Shown here: in pieces, positions 12,001 through 24,000 of the stretch
How the letters are laid out: every line of letters starts with the position of its first letter
How positions within the stretch are numbered: the first letter of the stretch is position 1
NCBI GenBank assembly: GCA_038087875.1
Contig: JAXLNO010002632.1
Location: 186,001 to 250,000, forward strand
Origin: Malacoraja senta
Lineage: Eukaryota
DNA length: 64,000 nucleotides
Direction: 5' to 3'
The notes under the pieces: generated by a model
What the model saw: only the letters and a program-made list of their open reading frames with translations
What the model was told of the DNA's origin: nothing
Database searches by the model: none
Made by a program: the position numbers and the translations under genes

Positions 12001-15000
12001 TATTAATATAGATGTAGAAACCCTTTGGATTTACTTTCACCTTACTTGCCAAAGCAACCTCATATCTTTTAGCTTTTCTAATTTCTTTCTTAATATTCTT
12101 TTTACATTCTTTATACTCCTCAAGCACCTCATTTACTCCATGCTGCCTATAATTATTGTAGATCTCTCTCTTTTTCCGAACCAAGTGTCCAATTTCCCTT
12201 GAAAACCATGGCTCTTTCCATTTTTTACTATTTCCTTTCAACCGAACAGGGACATAAAGATTCTGTACTCTTAAAATTTCACCCTTAAATGTCCTCCATT
12301 TTTCTTCTACATCCTTCCCATAAAACAACATGTCCCAATTCACTCCTTTTAAATCCTTTCGCATCTCCTCAAAGTTAGCCTTTCTCCAAACAAAAATCTC
12401 AACCCTAGGTCCAGTTCTGACCCTCTCCATAATTATATTGAAACTAATGGTATTGTGATCACTGGACCCGAAGTGCTCCCCGACGCATACCTCCGCCACC
12501 TGCCCTGTCTCATTTCCTAACAGGAGATCCAGCACTGCCCCTTCGCTAGTAGGTACCTCTATGTATTGCTGCAAAAAACTATCTTGCACACATTTTACAA
12601 ACTCCAAACCATCCAGCCCTTTTACAGAATGTGTTTCCCAGTCTATGTGTGGAAAATTGAAATCTCCCACAATCACTACCTTGTGCTTACTACTAATATC
12701 TGCTATCTCCTTACATATTTGCTCTTCCAATTCTCGCTCCCCATTTGGTGGTCTATAATACACCCCTATAAGTGTTGCTACACCTTTCCCATTTCTCAGT
12801 TCCACCCAAATAGCCTCCCTAGACGAGCCCTCTAATCTATCCTGCCAAAGCACTGCTGTAATATCTTCCTTGACAAGCAATGCAACACCCCCACCTCTTG
12901 CCCCTCCAATTCTATCACCCCTGAAGCAACGAAATCCTGGAATATTTATTTGCCAATCACAGCCCTCCTGCAACCATGTTTCACTGATCGCCACAACATC
13001 ATACTTCCAGGTGTCAATCCAGGCTCTAAGCTCATCCACCTTTCTTACAATGCTCCTAGCATTAAAATATACACATTTAAGAATCCCACCACCACTTATT
13101 CTCTGATTATTATCTTTTTCTTCTTTCTCCCCTACATTTTGGGTCCGAGTGCTTCTCTGCCTCCTACCTACCACATTTTCCACTAGCTTTCTCTATTTGA
13201 GTCCCTCCCCCCAACCGTTCTAGTTTAAAGTCTCCCCAGTAGTCTTTGCAAATCTCCCCGCCAGGATATTGGTCCCCCTCGGGTTCAAGTGCAACCCGTC
13301 CTTTCTGTACAGGTCACTCCTTCCCCAAAAGAAGTCCCAATGATCCAGAAATTTGAATCCCTGCCCGCTGCACCAGTTCCTCAGCCACGCATTTATCCTC
13401 CACCTCACTCCATTCCTACTCTCACCGTCACGTGGCACAGGTAGTAATCCTGAGATTGTTACCTTTGTAGACCTTCTCCTTAACTCTCCTCCCAACTCCT
13501 TAAATTCTCCTTTCAAGACCTCTTCTCTTTTTTTACCTATGTCATTGGTACCTATATGTACCACAACCTCAGGCTCCTCTCCCTCCGATTTCAGGATATC
13601 TTGGACGCGTTCAGACACATCCCTGACCCTGGCACCAGGGAGGCAAACTACCATTCGGGTCTCCTGACTGCGTCCACAGAATCGCCTATCCGACCCCCTA
13701 ACCATAGAGTCCCCTATTACTATTGCCCTCCTCTTCTTTTCCCTACCCTTCTGAGCAATAGGGCTGGTCTCTGTGCCGGAGGCCCGGCCGCTGTTGCTAC
13801 CCGCAGGAAGGCTGTCCCCCTCAACAGTACTCAAACAGGAGTACTTATTTTCAAGGTGTACAGCCACCGGGGTACTCACTAGTCCCTGCCTCTGCCCCTT
13901 GACCTTCCTAACCATGACCCACTTGTCTGCCTCCCGTGGTCTTGGAGTGGCCACCTCCCTATAACTCTTTTCTATGACCTCCTCACTCTCCCTGATCAGA
14001 CAGAGGTCATCGAGCTGCTGCTCCAGGTTCCTAACACGGTCCCTTAGGAACCCCATCTCTACGCACCTGACACAGATGTGAACGTCTGTAGGGGTATCAG
14101 ACTCCATGACCTCCCACATCTGACATCCAGAACAGTAAACTGCCCTGGCCCACATACTCCCCCCTTACCCTGGATACAATACAAAAACTGGTGGAGGAAA
14201 TCAGCAGGGATCTGACTCCCAATCAGCTGCTTTCTCTTGGTCCTCTTCCACCAATCAGCGGCTTCCTCACTTATAGGAAACTTGAATGGAACGTTGCAGT
14301 TTTGGTTCCTCCTCCTGCAACGGTCCCTGGGCGTCTGGAAAGCAAAGCCCCGCGCTGTTTAACTACTCCCTACCCGGACGCTGCTCCTCCTTCTGCAACG
14401 GTCCCTGGGCGTCTGGAAAGCAAAGCCCCGCGCTGTTTAACTACTCCCTACCCGGACGCTGCCTTTCACCCCACCAGCCTCTAATCCAATATTTTATTCT
14501 CTGACATTTGCAACAGCATCAATCTAACTCAACAAAACATTACATCTTCCCACCCTTACCCCATTCTGTTTTCTGCAGAAAACACTCTGACGACCTGGTT
14601 CGTCCTTCCCATCCCACCACTACCCGTCCTCGCCCCCTCCCCACACTACTGGAGGTGCAACATTTGTCCCTACATTTCTTCTCTCACCTCCACTCAGACC
14701 CCTCAGCCCTTCCAGGAGAGATAGAGGTTTACATGCACCTCCTCCAATCTCATCTATTGCATTCAGTGCTCTCAGTGTGACCTCCTCCATATCAGTTTGG
14801 GTAGCTTACAACCTGACAAGCTGAACATTAATTCTCCAAATTCAGGTAACCACCACGCACCCAATCTCTTGCTCATTTACTCAGTTCTCTCCCCCTCCAC
14901 TCTCATCCCCACCCCATTTCCACTTCCCCTGCCCCTGTCACCCAATTCCTTTTCTTCCTCCTTCTGCTCATCCCTCCATAATTCTGGACCCCCCCCCTCC

Positions 15001-18000
15001 CCTTCCCCAAATATCATCTGTCTATTTCCCTTCACAGATGCTGCCTGATCAGCTGAGTTCATCCAGCAGTTTGTTTTTCACTCAAGATTCCAACATTTGC
15101 ATCTCTTGTGTTTCCACCCCTCAGCTTTCTTTGTTCCAGAGAAAAAAGGCTTTTGTTAATTAAGTATTTTTGTTTGTTCAACCAGCTATTCTCCAGTGAG
15201 TTAATGAGGAAAAGATACTGAAACCTGGTTTGTCAATTGTTTACAATCTTTCTTAACTAATAAAAAAAATCACCTTTTGAAATCTCCTCAGTATATCTAT
15301 TTAATTAGCATCAATGAAGACAGGGAATGAACTTCTCAAGATATCTTTCTAGAACTGGTGGCACAGAAATTCAATGGATACTTTCTGTTCACAAAATCTC
15401 AGAACCAATTATTCGTTGTAAATGTAAAATGCATGCATAAAATCTCACATTATTTCACAGTTGATGAGATACAGATATACAAATCACTGCACTAAATTGA
15501 AAAATTAAACATCTAACCGTGCAAAACTTTTCAACAAGTTACTTTAAAGAGACCACACACGCAGGTTGACATTAAAAGATACATTTTACGTTCCACCCCT
15601 GCCTTCATTCTGTACTTTCATCGGTATGATGGCCAAGTTTATTACAAGTGTAGTGGCATTCCAGTAAAAGAACACCCTTTCTGGGCTAATTAAGAATCTG
15701 GTTTCTGCTTCATAGAAATCGAAAACGTGGTTCTCATGCGTTACCTGTTTCCGAAGTCACATCACCCATCCTTGTTTTCTGGGCAGAGAGTCCACTGTAC
15801 ATTTCTGTGGACCTCAGGACTTCTTGAAACACATTATGCGGTTTAAATATTGTGTATTTCTTAAGTCTGGAAATTAAAAAGCAGTGGCAAAAGTGAAGAA
15901 GAAAAACAAACCATGAAGATTTAAGTTGTATTCACAGTAGTTTTGACCACAGTTGTTATGTTGGGAACTAAAATTATGCATTGGGTAAAGCAAAAATAAT
16001 GACAACTACAAAGTGTCTGTAGCCATGTAAAACATCGAGAGGTGCATAATAGGAGGGTTATTTGGAAAGATGTTCAACTTGGCTACAAGAGGCTTTGAGG
16101 CGTGTCATAAAAGGAAGAGAAGTGGATAGGTTTGATCAATGCTTAGAGTTTACAGTTATGATAAATATCTAGTTTTCAGGTCAATAGGTAAAGTTTTATG
16201 TTTACGGTAAAACATGTACCCTAAATGGGAGACTCTAAAGTCCCTAATGAAGAATTCCATGTCCTTAATAAACGTCAAATAATTTCAGAAAAATCTAATT
16301 AATTTATTTCATTTATATTTAGAAAAGATTAGGTCATTTTCCCATTAAATATACACTCAAAGTGATGGGTTTGGAATGTTGGTCTTCTGCAATCAAATCT
16401 GCTGATAAAATTCCTCCATTCAAATTTTATATTTTTAAACCTGATAAAGAAATTGATTCATTGTGCCTCCAAAGTGTACATTCAGTGGATATAAATAATA
16501 CCAAACAACATAGCTTCCTTTTGATTTTTTTTGTCTTTAGATGGAAATAACATAATTTATGGCTCAGCAGATGCTCGCAATTCTGCTCCAACTGGTGGAA
16601 GAGGAGATGTACTGCATTTATTCAAATACACCTGATGATTGCCATTCCCGGACTTACCACTGCAACTTAATGCCTTACAGAATGCAAGATTGTGAAACAT
16701 ACCACACTTTCAGGTTCCATGGTTATAAATTATTTTCACTGAAGGACAATGCCATTTGTCTTTCTGCCGACTGGATAGCAAGCAACAAAAGCTTTTCACT
16801 CTACCTCGGTACACATGACAATAAACTAAACTATGTACATAATACAGGAATGAAGGATGAAAGTTAGGCAGGAAATGGAAATGTGGCAAGAGTTTCACCT
16901 GCCTGAGGTCTAAAATTAGATTCTGGACAAGTCAACTCACAGGATTCGGGTTTGGTGATTTAATCCTGAAAGATGGAGACATTTCTTTTAATGGGGTGTT
17001 GTAAATCTTTGGAGTAAATCTACCTCAGGGGGCTGTGGACTAAATCTTCCTTTTTATACCAGGGGGCAAGTAGGCAGGTAATTGGATAAGACCATAAAAC
17101 ACACCAAATTACCCCATTTGGCCCATCGAGTTTGCTTCATCATTCATCCATGGCTAATCTATTTATTCCTCTCAGCCCCATTCTCTTGCCTTCTCCCTGT
17201 AACCTTAGATGCCCTCGTTAATCAAGAACCTATCAATCTCCACTTTAAAAATACCCAATGACGGCCTGTGGCAATGAATTCCACAGATTCACGACCGTCT
17301 TCCTCAAGAAATTCCTCCTCATCTCCATTCTAAAGGTATGTCTTTGTATTCTGAGAAGGTGCTCTCCGGTTCTAGACTCTCCACACTACTGGAAACATCA
17401 TGTCCACATACACTCTTTCTAGGCCTTTCATTTTCCAGCAGGTTTCAATGAGATCCCCTCGCATCTTTCTAAAGTCCAGCGAGAACAGGACCAGAGCCAT
17501 CAAACCCTCCTCTTATATTAACTAAATTATCCTCAGGGAAAATGGACAAGACCAGCCAAGATCTTATGGAAAGATTGAACATGTTTGAAGATCAGTATGA
17601 TCCACTCCAGCTTTTGTTTCTTCTGAATAATTCTTGAATATTATAGTCATATTGCTAAGTTTATACTGGGAGAGTGGCCTTTAAAACAATGAGATATTTG
17701 CATTTGAATCTTAGTCAATGCCTGGATACTTAAGAACAAAATTGTCAGAAGACACGTACCTTTCATTTAGAATTTCTTCCATAAACTTTGATTCTGATGC
17801 AACTTTGATACGAATAAGATCTTCAAAGATTGAATGAGCGAAAGGAAGTTGGTTAATTTTTTTCCGGATTTCAGAATCCTGAAAAGTGGAAACAGCACCA
17901 CAGTTCACAAACTGTCTGCACAGTTTACACCCAAATAGTGCCCTCTATTCACACCCAAACAATGTCCACAGTCCACACCCAAATGATTCCCACAGTTCAC

Positions 18001-21000
18001 ACCTCAGCAGTACAGAACAGTTCCTGTTCATAATTCACAGCCATACAGTGACCTAGAAATTCAATTGCAAAGTGCTGATTTTTTTCAGCATTACATGATT
18101 AAAAATGAGTTTCTCCCTGGGATGTAACATACTATTGACATTTATGGACTATTTAGCATCACTCTGGAAAATTGGCTATGCACTTTCTAGTGCAACTCTC
18201 GTGAGTGTCTTTCTTTCTTTCTTTTAAAATCTTTTTATAGTTTTTTTTCCAAAAAACAAAAACAAAAATAAAACATAAAAAACAGAGCAAAAAGAATAAT
18301 GATAAACATAACAATGGTATTGATACATCGGGATCAGGATTACATTAATAACAGGTATAACCTAATATGAGACCAGTGTCAAAATACACAATGAATACAC
18401 AATGAATCCCGGTCTCTATGTAAATATAGTTAAATCTTTAAAAGGAAACTTATAAATGTTTAAAAAAAAGCAAAGATAAAAAGACAAAAAGAAAAAGAAA
18501 AAACAAAACCCCCCCTAAACTAAAATAAATAAATTGATAATAATAAAATAAGAATAAAAATAAAATAAATAAATAAAACAAAACAATGCAAAACCGAATC
18601 TGAACTGAGAAATTCGTGAGTGTCAGATATGATTTTCACCTTAGTCTCATAGCAAAGGATGCCATTTCCTAAGTAACCTGATTTGGAGAGTTGCTGGGGA
18701 AATTGGCCCTTTTTGTGCACATTGCTGGGCTTGCCTGGGAGAAAGGTATTTTAAACAAAATCTGAAAATCCTTAAAATATTCAGATTATAACTTCTCAGG
18801 AGAAAGAAAAACAGATTCAGTGATTTTAGTCAACAACCATTCATCAGAGGTTTTCCATTGAAACAACAATATCTACTGTATGTTTACCTAGGTGAAACCT
18901 TCCTGAGCTAAGTCCTATTCTATACCTTCACTATCAACTTGTAGTGAATTAATAATGACAAAGATCAGGTTGGATCTTCTTCTTCTTGCGTATGGCGTGC
19001 ACAGCCTAAAGTTGTTGGACAACTTGTTCTATTTGATCTTATTTGATTGTGCACGCCAGGTTGATAGCATTCGTCGAAACAGGGCGGACCGCGTGAAGGT
19101 TGCAATTTCCCACCCCAATCAGGGTGGATGACAACGACCAAAGAGAGAATGCAGTATAATGCAGAAATTGTTTTATACATGTGGAGCACCTAAGCATAAT
19201 TAACATCAGGCTTTAATATGTGAGCAATTAAAGCAATATAAATTATTTGTGTGTGATGCTGACAAACAGAATATTTAGGTGACAGAAATGGCATAACAAT
19301 TGACATGTAGCAAACACCCATGTTACAAAATATAGGGTGGAATCACTGAATCACCTCAAAGATAATCATTTGGAACATTTTATCGGTTTCTAAATAAATA
19401 TTGGAATATGTGCATAAAATACAAACACCATGGAAAAGAGCAACTATGGCTATTTGTACTTGGTTACATTGGACAAACAGACACGAACACTCATTCATTT
19501 GGGCATTTAAAAGAGCCATGTGTTTTAAATCAAATAGTAGTTCAAAGAATGAATGAAGATACAGTATTACACAGGTCTTAAAAGGTGTATATAGAAATAT
19601 ATTAAAGAATCTGGAATTTATCTGACAATATGATTCATGAGAAAGTGGTAGATGTATTTCAAGAACAAAAGTTATTTTTTTATTGCAGAGGAACATAATA
19701 TATATTTTCACGATCCATGGTTTTAATTGAAGACTTGAAAATTGAGAGGACTGCAAATTGGAGATGAGAAACAGGATATATATTGTTGATTGAATTATTT
19801 TTACAGACCAATATATATACATATATATATTGGTCTGTAAAAATAATTCAATCAACGAAGTTAAAGAGCTGCAACTTGAACACTCTTAAAGTGTCAATGA
19901 CTTCGTATTTCATTTCTGGTTCGTAGCTGCTCAATCGAAGTGGAGGCCAGTAAAAACATACTACATCAGTGCTATCACCAAAATGTGAAGTGTGGAAAGC
20001 AAGCAACATGAAGTGCTGTGACATTTGCCAAACATATTGATGTATTATAGAAGATAGACACAAAATGCTGGAGTAACTCAGCTGGACAAGCAGCATCTCT
20101 GGAGAGAAGGAATGGGTGACGTTTTGGGTCGAGACCCTTCTTTATTTTGTATGCATCTTTGGTGTAAACCAACACATGCAGATCCTTCCTACACATTGAT
20201 GGATGAGGGTGTTCTTTACTGGAGCTGGGGGAAGATGGCACTGAGCAAATCTTAAAAGATCTTAATAATTGAAGAAAATTGAATTTAACTACGATACTGA
20301 CTAGTATCTGCCAAACAAACTAATAAATAGTTCAAAAGACACAAAGTGCTGGAGTAACTCAGCAGGACAGGCAGCATCCCTGTGGAAAGTGGATAGGTGA
20401 CAATCTGTGTCTTCAGACTTGCGTGGAATAAATAGTTCAGTATTGGTTTTAAGTTATTTCAGTGATTTAGAATCAGATTACTCATTCTTGATAGAAATAC
20501 TATTTTTTTGATGAATACATCTTCAGATTAATAAAACAGCTCCTGAATATATGGATGAACATGTTTTAATGCAAGGGGATTAATAAAGCAAACATGTTGC
20601 CAATTTGTTCTGGACTTTGCTTTTGAGATTACACAAGCCAATTAAGGTGGAAATGTGCACCATGCATTTATTTCAGAAAAACAAAGCAATTTATTCTCAG
20701 GTTTGCTAATTGTGCCCATAATGGAAATTTTATTCAAGGAAATTAAAATATTTAATCGCTTCCACAAGGGTACTGAATATTAATGTTATTGTTTCATATG
20801 TTTGATTAAAGGAGTTCTATCACAGGCTAAACATTGAGACTATTACCAATATTCCAGTGTTTTGGTCCTCATCTGCCACAGGAAAAGTGGTGTCACAGAC
20901 CCTGAAGAACAGGGTGGTTGCCAGAGTGGAAACTGCATGATCAAACTCCTCAGTGAAGACAGGGTGATCATCGTGTATTTGGATTCCTGGAAAGAGAGGT

Positions 21001-24000
21001 AGATTTTAAGGTACTTGTAAAATTACACAAAAAGATACAACTGCCAGTTTAAAACTAATAGAATGATTTGGTCTATCAAATAATTCCTAAAGTGGAGCAC
21101 GTAACATATCATTTGATCTACTATCTTACATTCTTGTACTTAGTATGTTTGTGCCTAATGAATAGCAGGATTTATCACTGAACTGAATGCAGTTACGTAC
21201 ACGTGATAATGAAATGCCATTGAAACACAAGGTACTGGAGAATTCTGACAAACATAGTAGTTAACTTACCAGTTTTAAAATGTGCCATTATGTGCAGAAT
21301 GAAAACAATAAATCTTCCTGCATTGTTGAGCCAAGTTGACTTGATGTACAGTATCCTTTTGTTAGCATCATAGTAAAATTCCTTGTTGTATGACCTATTT
21401 TGGCAGCAGGTGGCTTGTTCATTGGGAACACTGTCAGCCATGAGAAGGGTTAAAGGATTGTGGTCACAGCTACTGCAGAGTAGGTGGATGATAGAACACC
21501 CATATCGGTAGATCACAAAGTGGTGTGGGCTCAGGTTGCCCAGATCAGTTGAAATGAGTCGCTCATCATTCAATGGAATGGGATATGGTAGATTATCACA
21601 GCTTTCTATAAAGAGAAACATAATGTTAAGTGCCAAGAGGCAATCAGGGGGTAAGAATGGATTCACGCAATGAATACATCAGAGGTTTTGAAACTGTGCT
21701 ATCAATCCAGTAGTTGTCGTTAATTCTATGAGAAATGACTGCTCGATTCTATCTGTCAACTTCCTCTGTCCAAGTAACTTAAAGTTACGAGTTGGAGAGC
21801 TTTCAGTCAGCGGGGGAAATTGTGGAGGCCAGTTTCAGGCAGGAAAGGTTCCTCATCCCATTTATTTAGAGATTGGCTCAATGCCACACAAAAGCAGGTA
21901 GCTTTGTTAAGAAATGTACAGAAAGTTAAAAAAATATACCAATCACAAACAAATATCACAATAAAGGTGAATACATACGGCCAGTATGAGACAAAATTAG
22001 TTGGCTCTGACCAATAATTGTACAATTAAACTAATCTCATTTTAATTGAGATTTTATTTAATACATACATGAGGCATTAATTCAATGGTAATTTCTCAAT
22101 TTGTATTGGAGTGACGAGTTTGCCTAATATCAGCACCCTACCTGCGTTGATGTCATGCTGAGGATTTATTAATGTTTGTTTAATTTCTTCAAGTCTTTTC
22201 AGAAGAGGAGACGATAGTAGGATCTCAGTTAGCTCCTCATTGTAAGAAACTGGCATTGACACCACTTCTGCATAAACAAAACACATAGATATAATGACAT
22301 GCATCATTTCTGATGTTTCTCTTACACATTTCTCAGAGCACATCCACATCATCACACTCTATAGTTAGTTGGTAATATATATGCCGATGCTATGATATGA
22401 CATCAACAGCACCCAAGGTTGTCAGTTCAAATCTTCAGGACAGAAATGTGCCAATCCAGCTAAAATGACCAGAAGGTGTTGTTGCCATTACTTCCCAATT
22501 GCGTGGCTAATGTTAATGAAGAAAGAGATATGGAATTGCTGCCTTGTCTGGTACACAAGCAAATCCAGTCCCACACAGTCAGTGTAGGAAGGAACTGCAC
22601 ATGCAAGTTTATACCAAAGATAGACACAAAATGATGGAGTAACTGAGTGGGTCAGGCAGCATCTCTGGAGAAGGGGAACAGGTAATGCTTCGGGTAGAGT
22701 CTGGAGACAGGTCTCAACCTGAAACATCACCTATTCCTTTTCTCCAGAGATGTGCTTGACCCGTTGAGTTACTCCAGCACTTTGAGTCTAAGTCACACAG
22801 TCATGCTTTCCTCAGAATGAATAAACAAGGAACTGCAGATACTGGTTTACACAAAAGGGCACAAAGTGCTGGAGTAATTTTGTCTGAAGAAGGGTCCTGG
22901 CCTGAAACATCATCATGATGTCCAGAGATATTGCTTGACCCGCTGAGTTACTCCAGCATCTAGTGTCCTTTTAAGCTTTCATCAGGGTTGCTCTCACCCT
23001 CCTATTGCATCTTCTCTGGAAGTATGATCTTAACATGGATTGTGCACAGGCCAGAGTTCCCACAGCACTCGAGATGAAATTCGAACTGTGCAGCCATGGT
23101 GTCATTGTGAATATTTCTAGCTTTTTGAACGACTCACCACAACCAGGAATGGCCACAACAAGGATTAATTCTTGAGCAAAAGAAGAAGAAAAGTCCCGAC
23201 CCTAGATGGCACCTGTTCATTTCTTTCCATGGATGATGCTTCACCTAATGAGATCCTCCAGCAGTTTAGTTTCTTATGTCTCTCGGTTTAACTCTTGACC
23301 TATTCTATTAACCAGGTCTGCCAGGAAGTCTATGGGTGTGTTTTAGTTTCAGAACTTTGAGATGCAGAGGGATCTAGACATCAAATGGCATGAATTGCAA
23401 AATACCACAGCAAGTAATGAGGAAAGCTAACAGAACACTGACAGTTATTGCCAAGGCAACTGAGTACAACAGTAGGAAGGTAAAGGAAAGACCCAAAGAG
23501 TTGGAGTAACTCAGCAGGTCAGGCAGCAACCCTGGAGAACATGGACAGGTGACGTTTTGGGTCTGGACCCTTTGCCCCAAAAGGTGATGGTTAGGGTCCT
23601 GACCCGAAAAGTCACCTGTCCATGTTCTCCAGGGATGCTGCCTGACCAACTGTGTTACTCCAGCATTTTTTGTCTTTCATTGGTAAACCAGCAATTGCAG
23701 ATCCTTGTTTCTACATTTTGAATGCTTCAGTTAAGTAGGACGCTCGTGAAACATGGAAAATCTGTGAACTTCAGAAGGTGGTGGCGGCCAAATTGTTAAG
23801 ATATTAAAGAAAATGAGACAGACAAATTTCTGGACATAAAAAATGTAAACTATTGTGGGGTTTGAGCTGATAGATCAGCCATGATGTTATCAAATGGCAA
23901 AGCAAATTCAAGTGTCCAAATGGAAGAGTCCTGGTCTTATGTTTCCTATTTCTAAAGAGGCAAAGATGTAACTGGTGTTCAGTGACTATCTGCATGTGCT

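Larger units (their letters stand above)
10146..14462 (-). mobile_element. Full-length CR1-clade LINE (HER1-like), ~4.3 kb
   Basis: 5' UTR, ORF1 (zinc finger plus esterase), ORF2 (APE plus RT), conserved 3' stem region and (TTATATGG)n tail. Confidence 0.95.

Noticed and set aside
12561-13964. Several plus-strand ORFs over the CR1
   Set aside because: Antisense shadows of ORF1 and ORF2.
14308-14462. CRISPR-like or prokaryotic repeat array
   Set aside because: Tandem units without unique spacers in clearly eukaryotic spliced DNA.
19343-19855. 170-aa minus-strand ORF
   Set aside because: AT-rich intronic composition, no motifs, not needed for the exon chain.
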